From a virus, in IMG/VR virus record IMGVR_UViG_3300047494_000112, positions 32,001-96,000 of that record: a stretch of DNA of 64,000 bases, one strand, 5' to 3'. Each line of letters begins with the position of its first letter. Positions within the stretch are counted from its first letter, which is position 1. Below are positions 46,597 to 56,547 of this stretch, piece by piece. The notes beneath the pieces were generated by a model. That model did not search any database. It saw only the letters and a list, made by a program, of their open reading frames with translations, and was not told the DNA's origin. The translations under genes and the position numbers were made by a program.

Positions 46597-47097
46597 ATGT
46601 CTAGAAATCCACACGTTGAAGGATATCAACCGTATAGAGATCCATATTTGGATACGGTTGATAGAATGGAACCAGATATATCTCACATTGATGCTAGTGC
46701 TGGTTGGGCTAGTGTTGCAATATCGTTGAAACGAATTGCTGACTCCTTGGAGTATCTGGTAAATAAAGCGAAAGAAAAATAAATGGTTTTAGGTGAAGAA
46801 AGGAAACTAAATACAGATTTTATTATCAAACTAAGGTCTGTATCTGAAGAGCGTGTTGTATTGGACATTGCTGGAATATTTAATGACGATAATGGAAATA
46901 TTGTTGACCTGAATTGGGATTTGCACTTGCTTTTTGAGTTTTATATCTATAAAGATGGCAGTAGTGAATGGACAAACGATCCAGAATTTACTGGCTTTAT
47001 GTTTAGAAATTTATCTGAGATTCAATCATTTAACGAAATGATATTAGATTTGTATGATATAGGCATGGAGCAATTTTCATTGAACAAGATAAGATGA
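46597..47097 (+). CDS. two hypothetical ORFs (46597..46782, 46783..47097)
   Basis: Abutting ORFs on the coding strand. Confidence 0.6.
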
Positions 47098-47102
47098 TAA
47101 AG

Positions 47103-47255
47103 TTGGCAAAATATCAATGCTTAAACTGCAACGCAACCTGGGAATCAAAACCAGGGCCCATTACTCAAAAAGATGGTAGTGGTTGTCCAGCTTGTGGCCT
47201 TTTGTGGATAAAATGGCTAAACTATGAAACAGATTTTGTAAGGAAAGAAAAATGA
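47103..47255 (+). CDS. 50-aa Zn-ribbon protein
   Basis: TTG start; CLNC...CPACG. Confidence 0.55.
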   Translation: MAKYQCLNCNATWESKPGPITQKDGSGCPACGLLWIKWLNYETDFVRKEK

Positions 47256-47295
47256 CAACTAAAAAAATTTTATTTCCAGTCGTGGGGTAATAGCA

Positions 47296-47976
47296 ATGGA
47301 CTATATCGGACCTTCTATTGGGCAAGATAAACCTACCAAGACAAATTATGTTGGAGTAAAGCCAAGAAAAGGTGATAGAGTATACGTTATAGCTGAGGAC
47401 TATGAAGGAATAATTCACCGCATAGTTCCTCGCACAATTTGGAAAAATGGGCACGAGATAAACTACAATCGATATGAAGTTATGCCCATGTTTTGGGTTA
47501 ATAAGACTACAAAAACGTTTAACAAGACGGAGCTTTACCGCACTCAATCTGCTTGGAAAGAACCTGAACCTGTGACTCTAATTCATCATCACATGCTATT
47601 ATCTGGCGTTGTTCAAAATGTTCCTAAAAATGATATAGATAGGATTCCACCTTTTGCAACCAAGGTTGTTGAAGACTGGCTTACCGAGTTGGTTAACAAG
47701 ATTAAAATGAAGATACTGATTCCAGCTAAAGCTGAGTATTGTTTTACAAAAGGCAATGAAGGCGTTACCGGAATTGTGTGCTTAGAAACTAGCCATGCTA
47801 GTGTGCATTTTTGGAATAGGGACAACTCATTTAAATTTGATCTATACTCTTGCGCCGAATTTAGTACTGATCAAGTCCTAAATCACTTTGAACCTTTTGG
47901 ATTGACCTATTACCAAATGCTGTTAGTTGATCGTGACAACTGTATAGTTTTGAATGAAAAAAGTTTAGGTAAGTAA
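47296..47976 (+). CDS. SpeD-family (S-adenosylmethionine decarboxylase-like) proenzyme with N-terminal extension
   Basis: HHHMLL, GVTGIVCLETSHASVHFW, DLYSC. Confidence 0.8.
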   Translation: MDYIGPSIGQDKPTKTNYVGVKPRKGDRVYVIAEDYEGIIHRIVPRTIWKNGHEINYNRYEVMPMFWVNKTTKTFNKTELYRTQSAWKEPEPVTLIHHHMLLSGVVQNVPKNDIDRIPPFATKVVEDWLTELVNKIKMKILIPAKAEYCFTKGNEGVTGIVCLETSHASVHFWNRDNSFKFDLYSCAEFSTDQVLNHFEPFGLTYYQMLLVDRDNCIVLNEKSLGK

Positions 47977-47999
47977 AGTTTTTAATACCACAAGTCTAA

Positions 48000-49052
48000 T
48001 TGATAATTGATAGTGCGAAGGCTTGGCGGCTTTCTAACCTTTTACCTATTCAATTACCTCAAGGGCTATCTCTCATGAATGTCTCCTTAATTAACACTGA
48101 AGACTCTCTAAAGCCACATATGCTTCATGTCATTTTACCTTACTCAAATGACGAGATGTGGAATAGTAGACCAAAAACTTTTTCAAAGACACTTCAGCAT
48201 GTAATTAATGCTGGTGCCTCAGTTACCGTTGTTGAGGCAGCGTTAGGTGGTCGTGCTTTTATTTGGGACAAGGTTCCAGGTATAAATCACGTTGCTGTAC
48301 GTCATAGCACTACTCTATGGACAAAAGAGAATCTAATCAATATTGGCATTCAGCGTTTACCTCATAGCTGGAAATATGTTTGCTGGATGGATGGTGATGT
48401 TATCTTTCGCAAACCCAGCTGGGTAATGGATACTCTTCATGCCTTACAGCGTTATCAGATAATCCAGCCGTGGTCAGACGCGTATGACTTGGGGCCACAT
48501 GATGAACACATGCAAGCGCATAAATCGTTTTGCTATCAATGGTGGCATAAACAACCCGTTTCTCCCAAAGGACCAAATTGGTGGAAATTTAGTGGTGGTC
48601 CATATGACTACCCACATTCTGGCTATTGCTGGGCAGCAGTTCGAGACTTTATCGAACGTGTTGGTGGGCTAATTGAAATCTGTATTTTGGGTGCTGCGGA
48701 TCATCACATGGCTCTGGGCCTTGTTGGCGAAATATTAATGTCAGTTCCTGGCTATATAAACGAAGCTTATTTAGATATCTTGCGTGTTTGGGAAGCTAGA
48801 GCTGTTGAGCATGGCAATTATAGCATTGGATACATTCAAGGTACAATTGAACATGCTTTTCATGGTCGAAAAGCTGATCGTAGATATGTTGACAGATGGA
48901 AGATAATTACCGAAAGTAATTTTGATCCTAGATATGATATAAAGAAAAATGTCTATGGAGTATACGAGTTGGCTGGGAATAAACCAAAGCTGACTCTTGA
49001 TCTGCTTCACTACATGATGCAAAGAAACGAAGACGCAAACACACTTGCATAA
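48000..49052 (+). CDS. GT-A fold glycosyltransferase-like protein
   Basis: KENLINIG, WMDGD (DxD), HSGYCWA, H.FHG; type recalled from giant viruses and large phages. Confidence 0.65.
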   Translation: MIIDSAKAWRLSNLLPIQLPQGLSLMNVSLINTEDSLKPHMLHVILPYSNDEMWNSRPKTFSKTLQHVINAGASVTVVEAALGGRAFIWDKVPGINHVAVRHSTTLWTKENLINIGIQRLPHSWKYVCWMDGDVIFRKPSWVMDTLHALQRYQIIQPWSDAYDLGPHDEHMQAHKSFCYQWWHKQPVSPKGPNWWKFSGGPYDYPHSGYCWAAVRDFIERVGGLIEICILGAADHHMALGLVGEILMSVPGYINEAYLDILRVWEARAVEHGNYSIGYIQGTIEHAFHGRKADRRYVDRWKIITESNFDPRYDIKKNVYGVYELAGNKPKLTLDLLHYMMQRNEDANTLA

Positions 49053-49293
49053 GGAAAATTATGGCATGGTTTTGATCTATTCTAGAGAGTTGATAAAAAC
49101 CCCTCTACCTTGGGTCAAAACCATGCTTCAATGCTCAGAATGCTCTAGTTGGTTTGTGTCGGATAAAGCTGGTAAATGCGGAGAGTGTATCAAGCCTGTA
49201 ATTGTAAAGGTTGTAGAACAAGCAATTTCAAAGGTGAAGAAGAAAAAGAAACTAAAGAAAAAGAAGATAAAAAATGGCAAATCCAAAAAATGA
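49045..49293 (+). CDS. small Zn-finger protein with Lys-rich tail
   Basis: CSEC...CGEC. Confidence 0.5.
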   Translation: MHKENYGMVLIYSRELIKTPLPWVKTMLQCSECSSWFVSDKAGKCGECIKPVIVKVVEQAISKVKKKKKLKKKKIKNGKSKK

Positions 49294-49459
49294 TAAAACC
49301 GAATTGGAACTCTTGATAGAGAACCTTTTAGATATTCACGATAAAATTATTCAAGGCAAAGCCGTTTATTGCCCAATTACAGTAGGTAGAGTAATCAGGA
49401 TTTTGAAAACTTTACCTATTGACCAAAAATTCCCAGAAACTAAAGCTTAGGGGTGGTTT

Positions 49460-49786
49460 ATGCCGTATTCATTGTTTAGAGAAAGTGACGGTGCTGGTGA
49501 CAGCGGCCAAATGTCTTGTGCTCTATATCCAATATATGATGAAAAGGATTCTGATATAATTGTAGATGTTAAATACGTCCACAACTCTCCTCCTGTAGTA
49601 GGAGCTTCTTTACGTGTAGGTAGTCCCTATGGTAGAACAATGCAGGCTCAGGATTATTGGACCACGACAATGGTGGCTGAAATATTAGATCAATGGGTAG
49701 AGGAACCTGAGGACAAAAACCGTAGAAAAGAATGTGTTCGGTTCAAGACGATAAATGGTTCAACCTATGTTTGGAAGTCATTTTGA
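49460..49786 (+). CDS. hypothetical protein
   Basis: 108-aa ORF. Confidence 0.65.
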   Translation: MPYSLFRESDGAGDSGQMSCALYPIYDEKDSDIIVDVKYVHNSPPVVGASLRVGSPYGRTMQAQDYWTTTMVAEILDQWVEEPEDKNRRKECVRFKTINGSTYVWKSF

Positions 49787-50427
49787 TGAAACAATACCTA
49801 AAAGTCAAGATTAAATCTTTAGCTCAAGAATCAAGAATAATCAAGCAGGAATTTTTTAAAGCTAAACGTAGCTTAAAGTGGCACCGTGATGGTGTGGATG
49901 AGCTCTATATCGTACGTAAAGCCTATCCACTTAGACCAGAAGAAGCCGCAGAATTAAAATACAACGAAGAGAAACAGGCCGAATTTGCTGAGCTAATGAG
50001 TGGTTTGCAGAGTCATAGGGTGAGTGTTGTTCAGCTAGAATCTCGTTGTTCTCAGTTGGCTTATGCTTACATGCGTGGTGTACCGTATTCCGTTGTAGAG
50101 CAAAATGTCAGAGAGCAAAATAAAATTAAAGCTTTTAGGCTAGAAAAGGTCGCTGAAATTCTACTTCGGTTTGATCCTGACTTGCGTAAGAGACTAAGCA
50201 ACTCTCGCAGTATGAAAAAAGATGCAATGGAGTTAATCAAGGCTTGGATTGAATTGCCTACGGTTGAAGCTTCAGCTGTAGAAACGCAAGACTCTCCGTT
50301 TACAAAAGAGTTTTTCGCTACACTAAAGCCTGTCTCGGAAGCCAGTGAAGCGTTAATGGCTGACCAACATTTTACCGCATCCAAATCAATTTGGCAACGC
50401 TTTGCGTCAATCTGGAGTTCAAACTAA
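49786..50427 (+). CDS. hypothetical protein
   Basis: ATG at 49786 overlaps the previous stop (track start 49732). Confidence 0.65.
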   Translation: MKQYLKVKIKSLAQESRIIKQEFFKAKRSLKWHRDGVDELYIVRKAYPLRPEEAAELKYNEEKQAEFAELMSGLQSHRVSVVQLESRCSQLAYAYMRGVPYSVVEQNVREQNKIKAFRLEKVAEILLRFDPDLRKRLSNSRSMKKDAMELIKAWIELPTVEASAVETQDSPFTKEFFATLKPVSEASEALMADQHFTASKSIWQRFASIWSSN

Positions 50428-50987
50428 TGCAGGATCTATATAACGAAGAATACTACAAAAATAATCTAGGTCCTATTCCATGTACCTGGGATGATCCAAC
50501 TTGGCGAAATCACGTAGGCAATATTGCAAAAGAGTTTGTACAACTCTATAATCCAAAAACGTTTATAGACGCAGGCTGCGGTATTGGCTTGCTAGTTGAT
50601 GAAATGGAAAAACGTGGCGTTGAGTCTTACGGTTTTGATATTTCAGAATACGGTGTTAGCGTTGCCCAAGAAAACGGTTTAAACTGTGTAACTGCTACTT
50701 TGCCACATGTTCCTAAAGACTGGCAGGCAGATTTAGTTTCCTGCATTGAAGTCTTAGAGCATCTGAATCAGGAACAAGCTGAAGCCTCAGTTGCAAGCAT
50801 TTGTGGCATGGCAAAGGAATATATCGTATTTTCATCCACTCCTGATGATACAACCGAAGCCTCGCATCACTGTGTTAAACCGGAGGAGTTTTGGACAAAA
50901 CTGTTTGAACAGCAAAAGTTTTTAAAGATTGACACGGCAAAATACATTGCTCCTCATGCAATAGTGTTTCAACGCAAACCTTGGTGA
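50427..50987 (+). CDS. class I SAM-dependent methyltransferase
   Basis: IDAGCGIG, GFDIS, CIEVLEHL; ATG at 50427. Confidence 0.85.
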   Translation: MQDLYNEEYYKNNLGPIPCTWDDPTWRNHVGNIAKEFVQLYNPKTFIDAGCGIGLLVDEMEKRGVESYGFDISEYGVSVAQENGLNCVTATLPHVPKDWQADLVSCIEVLEHLNQEQAEASVASICGMAKEYIVFSSTPDDTTEASHHCVKPEEFWTKLFEQQKFLKIDTAKYIAPHAIVFQRKPW

Positions 50988-50994
50988 GATAAAA

Positions 50995-51777
50995 ATGTCG
51001 GAGATTAAAGCAGTATTAATGCCAAATGAGAAAGAGGAGAAAATTGTAAAACAAGGTATTGGCTTTGGCAATAGATACGGCACTCTAAATCCACTTGTAC
51101 TAATAGCTAGAAAAATTGCTAGTAAGTGGGGTAATGACAAAAATCCTGAATACGATTATTTTATCACTAGATGGATTAGCTTTGGATCTAGCAGTTCCCA
51201 TATAATGGGGCTGCCAATATACAGTAAAAAGTTGAAAGAAAAATTACCGTGGTTATACTGGCTCTACTTTAAAGTTCTAACTCCTATTCATGATTGGAAA
51301 TTACGCCAACACTATAGATTTTTTGTAAGGCACCACAAGTTAACCATTTTAAACATTGAGCCCTCAACCTATACAGATCCTGATGAGCGTGTTTTTCATG
51401 CAGTATTTTCTATACTTGGAAACATGATTGAAGACGAGCTTGGTCCATTTAAGCTAAACCATCCTAACTATCACATTGATTCTCATTATCGAGGCTATAA
51501 TATGAGACATGGTGGTGATGAAACCTTTATTGACATGTGGCTGTGGTACAAGTTTGACCTGCCAAGAGAAATTGCCGCCTATGAAAATTGGCAAGATAGA
51601 AGAAATGAAAAATTTGCCATGATTGAAAAGACAGATGAAAAGGGATCAAAATACGTTACCTTTACTTCGCCTATTCCTCAACCGGATGATGATAAATATA
51701 GCTACAACTACATTGAAGATTTGAAGCAAAAGAAACTAGTTGAGTTAATTGAAATGCGCCAAGGAATGTGGACGTGA
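50995..51777 (+). CDS. hypothetical protein
   Basis: 260-aa ORF. Confidence 0.65.
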   Translation: MSEIKAVLMPNEKEEKIVKQGIGFGNRYGTLNPLVLIARKIASKWGNDKNPEYDYFITRWISFGSSSSHIMGLPIYSKKLKEKLPWLYWLYFKVLTPIHDWKLRQHYRFFVRHHKLTILNIEPSTYTDPDERVFHAVFSILGNMIEDELGPFKLNHPNYHIDSHYRGYNMRHGGDETFIDMWLWYKFDLPREIAAYENWQDRRNEKFAMIEKTDEKGSKYVTFTSPIPQPDDDKYSYNYIEDLKQKKLVELIEMRQGMWT

Positions 51778-52166
51778 GCTCGCCTTATACACATTTTATC
51801 AAGGACAAAAACTATGTTTATGCAGGTAAGCACCTGCTAATAGATTTGATAGGCTGCAAGTTAAACCTGTGCTCAGTTGAAGCGACAAAGAAAATTTTGA
51901 CTAGAGCCATTGAAATGACTGGAGCTTCGATTGTAAAAGAAGTGTTTCATTCTTTTGGAGAGAATAGCGGTGTCACGGGATTGATTCTGTTATCAGAAAG
52001 CCATGCAGCTTCACACTCTTGGCCTGAATTAGGTTTATTGGTTATTGATATTTTTACATGCGGTGAACACACCGAACCTAGCAATTGTTTGCAATTTTTA
52101 AAAGATTCATTTCAAGCTGAACAGATTTTTGTTCAGGAAATTAAAAGAGCGCTAACCGTAATATGA
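51768..52166 (+). CDS. speD: S-adenosylmethionine decarboxylase proenzyme
   Basis: GKHLLID, GVTG..LLSESH..HSWPE, DIFTCG. Confidence 0.9.
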   Translation: MDVSSPYTHFIKDKNYVYAGKHLLIDLIGCKLNLCSVEATKKILTRAIEMTGASIVKEVFHSFGENSGVTGLILLSESHAASHSWPELGLLVIDIFTCGEHTEPSNCLQFLKDSFQAEQIFVQEIKRALTVI

Positions 52167-52954
52167 GAATTTGGACCAATTTGGGCATGATAGGAGATAG
52201 TTTATCTGCTTGCCCTATGCTATTTGAACAGTCAAAAATTGAGCCTATTACAATAGGACCAAACTTTAATCAGTGGGTTTTTTCTGGATTAGATTTTCCT
52301 GTTGTATTTGATAATAACCTAAATCAACAAGATTGCGTTTACAAATTAGATGCTTCATTGGCAATGAATTTTTCAGCTTGTCAGGGTTGGCAATGGCATA
52401 TGGCTCAATCGTACTTTGCCATGAACGGGCTAAAACCAATTCAATTGCCTTGTAGCTTTCCAATTAAATTTGAAATGTGTAATCTAACGCCGGGAATTGT
52501 AATTGCTCCTTATTCGGGCTCTGACTTTCAAGGTAACAAGTTTTGGCCTTTGGACAATTGGAAAGAGCTAGTTCAAAACTTTGATGAGCCTGTTTATCTC
52601 TTAGGGTCAAATCAAAATTATCCCAATGCAGCAACAAATGGTGGAAAGTCAGATACACTAAACTGGATTGAAGGTACAAACATTACTCCAGTATTTGATA
52701 AACCTATGGCATATGTAGCTGACCTACTAATCAAGTGCAAAATGCTAGTATCCATTGATACAGGCATTTCTCATTTAGCACATATGCTAGGAATTAAACA
52801 TCATGCCTTGTTGTATCCTGGATGTTTAGATATACGGTGGGTAAACAATCCTCATGCAAGACATGTTCAAGGATGGCCATCAACAATATCTCCAAATGAA
52901 ATGCTACAATTGTGTAAACAAATTCCGAATTGGAAATTAAATGAAGCTGTATAG
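52163..52954 (+). CDS. GT9 (heptosyltransferase-like) glycosyltransferase
   Basis: IGDSL, APYSG...K.WP...W, SIDTGISHLA. Confidence 0.8.
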   Translation: MRIWTNLGMIGDSLSACPMLFEQSKIEPITIGPNFNQWVFSGLDFPVVFDNNLNQQDCVYKLDASLAMNFSACQGWQWHMAQSYFAMNGLKPIQLPCSFPIKFEMCNLTPGIVIAPYSGSDFQGNKFWPLDNWKELVQNFDEPVYLLGSNQNYPNAATNGGKSDTLNWIEGTNITPVFDKPMAYVADLLIKCKMLVSIDTGISHLAHMLGIKHHALLYPGCLDIRWVNNPHARHVQGWPSTISPNEMLQLCKQIPNWKLNEAV

Positions 52955-53648
52955 TGAATATCCTGGCGCGTCCATGGAAATGAAATTTGATCCTGTTCTA
53001 CACTCTTTGCTTGTAGAGCGCATTAAACAAGAAAAAATTGCCACAGTAATTGAGACCGGAACCTATTTGGGTCTTGGTTCTACTACAAATACTGCTAAAG
53101 CTTTTTTGGAAGCCGGCGTTGACCCAGACTCTATTCTTTTTTATACGTTTGAAGCTAATACAGAAAATTACCAAAAGGCTTTAGAAAATCTAAAAGCTTA
53201 TCCTTTTGTAAAACCTATTCATGGTGCCACAATTGAAAAAGAATTGGTTGATTGGTTTATAACAAGAGATTCAGCTCTAATTAATCCTGACCAATATAAC
53301 GATATTTACATTGACGGAGCGGGCGATACTAGACCTGGATACATTGCAGAAAGTTTGGGAACCCCTGAATTAGCTCTTGATCAATGGCTAGGTGAAGGAT
53401 TACTAGCTAAATATTTGGTTGAGGTTCAGCATTTGAATCCACTAATTCTTTTGGACTCGGCTGGAGGCTTAGGTTGGGCAGAGTTTGAAATTACGATAAA
53501 TATAATGCAGTACAACAGATATACTCTGTTGCTTGATGACGTGCATCACGTTAAGCATTTTCGTTCATTGGAATACGCCAAGAAGCATCCTAATTGGACA
53601 ATACTAGGTGAGCAAAATGGCTGGGCCTTAATGAGTTATGATCCATGA
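52941..53648 (+). CDS. SAM-dependent methyltransferase-like protein
   Basis: VIETGTY.G.GST, LLDS, LLDD. Confidence 0.65.
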   Translation: MKLYSEYPGASMEMKFDPVLHSLLVERIKQEKIATVIETGTYLGLGSTTNTAKAFLEAGVDPDSILFYTFEANTENYQKALENLKAYPFVKPIHGATIEKELVDWFITRDSALINPDQYNDIYIDGAGDTRPGYIAESLGTPELALDQWLGEGLLAKYLVEVQHLNPLILLDSAGGLGWAEFEITINIMQYNRYTLLLDDVHHVKHFRSLEYAKKHPNWTILGEQNGWALMSYDP

Positions 53649-53866
53649 TTTTTTATGAGATAGTAGGTACATTGTGCTGCATGATTGCAGCAACTTTAAT
53701 GTGTTTTATGCCAAACAAAATGCCTTTGGCTCAAATATTCATGTTATTTTTAGCAGGCGATATAATACTTGGTTGTGTAGCAGCATCGAAGCACATTTTA
53801 TGGTTAACGCTTTTGATGGCTTATTATTGTTTGATCAATCTATATGGCCTTTGGAGATTAATTTAG
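53645..53866 (+). CDS. small membrane protein
   Basis: Three hydrophobic segments in 73 aa. Confidence 0.6.
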   Translation: MIFYEIVGTLCCMIAATLMCFMPNKMPLAQIFMLFLAGDIILGCVAASKHILWLTLLMAYYCLINLYGLWRLI

Positions 53867-54312
53867 TGACGGAAAAAGAAAAAGATTTGATACAGCGTTT
53901 AAATGGTTTGTTTGAGATAGAATTTAATCTATATTTTGTTACTCATTCAGCTCACTGGAACACGGTAGGAGTAACGTTTTACGAAATTCATCTATTACTC
54001 GAAAAACAATATACCCAAATTTGGGAATCTTTGGATGATATTGCAGAAAAGATTCGTCAATTAGATGCAGTTGCACCTTATGATTTACGCAAAATTGCTG
54101 CAAGTGAGGATATCTTAGACTGTCATGCCATGTCTGTTCAACAAATGGCTGAAACTTTGATGCGTAATCACGAAGTTACTATTGCTTGGATAAAAGGAGC
54201 AATTAGACTTGCAAAGGAAGCGGGCAGAGAAGACTTGGTAAATTACTTAGGTGGGTTGTGGGAGCAACATGGTAAAATGAGATGGATGTTGAGAGCCACA
54301 GCTCAACAGTAA
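53866..54312 (+). CDS. dps: Dps-family ferritin-like protein
   Basis: HWNTVG..F..IH..L..QY......D.IAE.IR; GTG start at 53866. Confidence 0.9.
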   Translation: MTEKEKDLIQRLNGLFEIEFNLYFVTHSAHWNTVGVTFYEIHLLLEKQYTQIWESLDDIAEKIRQLDAVAPYDLRKIAASEDILDCHAMSVQQMAETLMRNHEVTIAWIKGAIRLAKEAGREDLVNYLGGLWEQHGKMRWMLRATAQQ

Positions 54313-54337
54313 CCTAAAAGTGGTAAATAAATCATGT

Positions 54338-54429
54338 GGAAAGGTGGCCGAGTCCGGCTGAAGGCACCTGATTTGAAATCAGACGAACGTGCAAGCGTTC
54401 CGTGGGTTCGAATCCCACCCTTTCCGCCA
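54338..54429 (+). tRNA. tRNA-Ser(UGA)
   Basis: GGAAAGG/CCTTTCC acceptor, loop TT-TGA-AA, long variable arm, GGTTCGAATCC, encoded CCA. Confidence 0.93.
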
Positions 54430-54443
54430 AATGTTATTCTTAT

Positions 54444-54520
54444 TCGGGTGTAGCTCAGTTGGTAGTAGCAGAAGATTGTTAATCTTCAGGTCGTTGGTTC
54501 GAATCCAACCACCCGAGCCA
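54444..54520 (+). tRNA. tRNA-Asn(GUU)
   Basis: TCGGGTG/CACCCGA acceptor, GAAGA-TTGTTAA-TCTTC, encoded CCA. Confidence 0.93.
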
Positions 54521-54543
54521 ATTTTTAACTTAGGAGAAAAACC

Positions 54544-54879
54544 ATGAGATTAATTCGTAATACCCGCACCGATGGTTTGTGCAAATACGCAATTATTCGA
54601 TTGGATAAAATTGACTTAAATACGTTTGATGTTCGTAATCCTAGAGATTTGGCAGAGGCTATAGCCTCTGACTTTTCTGTAGTTGAATTTGGCGAGCCAA
54701 ATTCTGAAAACGAATTTTTTGTTATTAAATTAAAAGATAAAAATGCAAGAAAAGCTTTAAATGCCTACGTAGATTGTGCTAGGGCTGGCCCTGACGGTGA
54801 TAGTGAATATGCAAATGACGTGCAAGAATTAGCAAATCGTGCAGGATTTAATCATCCAAATTGTAAGGTACCAGATTAA
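54544..54879 (+). CDS. hypothetical protein
   Basis: AGGAG SD; EFFVIKLKD..A..AL.AY motif. Confidence 0.7.
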   Translation: MRLIRNTRTDGLCKYAIIRLDKIDLNTFDVRNPRDLAEAIASDFSVVEFGEPNSENEFFVIKLKDKNARKALNAYVDCARAGPDGDSEYANDVQELANRAGFNHPNCKVPD

Positions 54880-54944
54880 TGACAAATAACAAAATAGCCT
54901 TTGATAAACAAGACGCTTGAACCTTTAACTACTGGAGAAGAGAA

Positions 54945-55424
54945 ATGGAAAATACTCCAAATGTTGCTGCATTAAAGCAAGTTATTCGAGTTTTGACTGA
55001 GGTTGAAGCTAAAGGTAAATTATTTGATCTAAATATTTTTGCTTGTGAAAGCGAAGAAGCAAAAGATCATGATTGTGGCACTTCTGCTTGTGCTATTGGC
55101 TGGTGCATGTTCGATGATTGGCATAAAAAGCAAGGTTTTACTTTTGCCAAAGATGAAGGTGAGGATGAATTGTATCCAATCTACAAGTTTGTAGAAGACG
55201 GTGAGGAAGTTAGCCTAGACAGCTGGCAAGCTGTTATAGAGTTTTATAAGATTGAGCAAGTGGATGCTGATAGGTTGTTTACAATCCATGCTTATCAGAT
55301 TATAGATAATAAGGGGTTTATAATTGGACCTAAAGTAAATCCAACACCTGCAATGGTAAGAGAAAAAATTGAAGCTTTCATTGCTCCCTACATTCAGGAC
55401 AAAGGTCTAAATTCTCTACTCTAG
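54945..55424 (+). CDS. hypothetical protein
   Basis: GGAG SD; CGTSACAIGW motif. Confidence 0.7.
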   Translation: MENTPNVAALKQVIRVLTEVEAKGKLFDLNIFACESEEAKDHDCGTSACAIGWCMFDDWHKKQGFTFAKDEGEDELYPIYKFVEDGEEVSLDSWQAVIEFYKIEQVDADRLFTIHAYQIIDNKGFIIGPKVNPTPAMVREKIEAFIAPYIQDKGLNSLL

Positions 55425-55479
55425 AATAAAACTGGTAAAGTAGTGACGTTAAAACAAACTCAAACCGGAGAAATCAAAA

Positions 55480-56232
55480 ATGAGCAAATTACATGAAATT
55501 TTGGCTGTTGAAGGTGACCTCAAGAAAACCGCAACGGTAGTTCTTGATGAAGCCAAAAATACTTTGGCGAAAAAACCTGACCATTTCTTGAAAACAGCCA
55601 CGGTAACAAAATACTTTGATGAGAATGACATTAAGCTAAACACCGACGAGTATAAAGCTCTTGTCACTACCGTTGGAGATAAATTGGAATACGTTGGCGA
55701 GATGGTTACTCGTTACTATGATGCTTATCTGCAAAAAGAAGCAACAAATCAGCACGCAAAAGCTGACGTGGTAATAGATGGCAATGTTTTTCTCACGGAT
55801 GTTCCGGTAGTTGTTCTCTTAGGTATGGAGACAAAGCTAAAAGAGTTGCGTGACGTGTACGAAGCCATTCCTACACTACGTCCAGGCCCGGTTTGGGAAA
55901 TTGATCCAAATGAAGGCAAGGGTGTGTATCGTGCCAAGCATGATGAAAAGCGTTTCTTGACAAAGAAAACTCGAAAAGCTTTTGTTAAATCTCCGGCAAC
56001 TGACAAGCATCCAGCTCAGGTGGAGACAATTGATGAGGATGTTGCAGTTGCAGAGCGTGTAGTTACAACTTGGTCTAGCATGTTGTCTGTAACTGAAAAG
56101 TCTTTGCTGTTGGATAGGTTGGACAATTTGATCCAGGCTTTCAAGAAAGCACGTCAGCGTGCAAATGAAGCAGAAATTGTGCCTGCAGAAATGGGTAAAA
56201 AGATTTTCACTTACCTACATGCAGGTACCTAA
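55480..56232 (+). CDS. uncharacterised 250-aa helical/coiled-coil protein directly upstream of a structured RNA
   Basis: GGAG SD; KLHEILAVEG N-terminus, ATDKHPAQV motif; preceded by CTGGTAAAGT. Confidence 0.75.
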   Translation: MSKLHEILAVEGDLKKTATVVLDEAKNTLAKKPDHFLKTATVTKYFDENDIKLNTDEYKALVTTVGDKLEYVGEMVTRYYDAYLQKEATNQHAKADVVIDGNVFLTDVPVVVLLGMETKLKELRDVYEAIPTLRPGPVWEIDPNEGKGVYRAKHDEKRFLTKKTRKAFVKSPATDKHPAQVETIDEDVAVAERVVTTWSSMLSVTEKSLLLDRLDNLIQAFKKARQRANEAEIVPAEMGKKIFTYLHAGT

Positions 56233-56547
56233 CAAATAGACATGGTTCCGTCAACTTCACCGTGACGTTGACGTGTTGAGCCATGCACAAGGGTAAACTA
56301 AGCCTAACGCCTAAATCTCAAAATTATCATAATGATGGCCTGTGTCGAAAGCAGTGAGCCATTATTTTTGACCCACCAAAATTATTGGACAAGGCTGCAC
56401 TATGTTCTGATAAGCCAAAATACAATCGGGTCGCTGGTTCAAATCCAGCCTCTTCCTCCAAACTTTTATGGAAGAGTAACTCAGTGGTAGAGTACGATTT
56501 TTCATGATCAGGCAGACAGTAACTGAATACAGCGAATAGATCCAGTA

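Noticed and set aside
53674-53865. N-terminal extension of Dps in the ORF track
   Set aside because: Overlaps the membrane gene 53645..53866; the Dps fold starts at GTG 53866.
56424-56530. Two-piece (permuted) tmRNA
   Set aside because: No G3-U70 alanine identity pair, a full D stem is present, and the only nearby short frame (ADSN*) is not a degradation tag.
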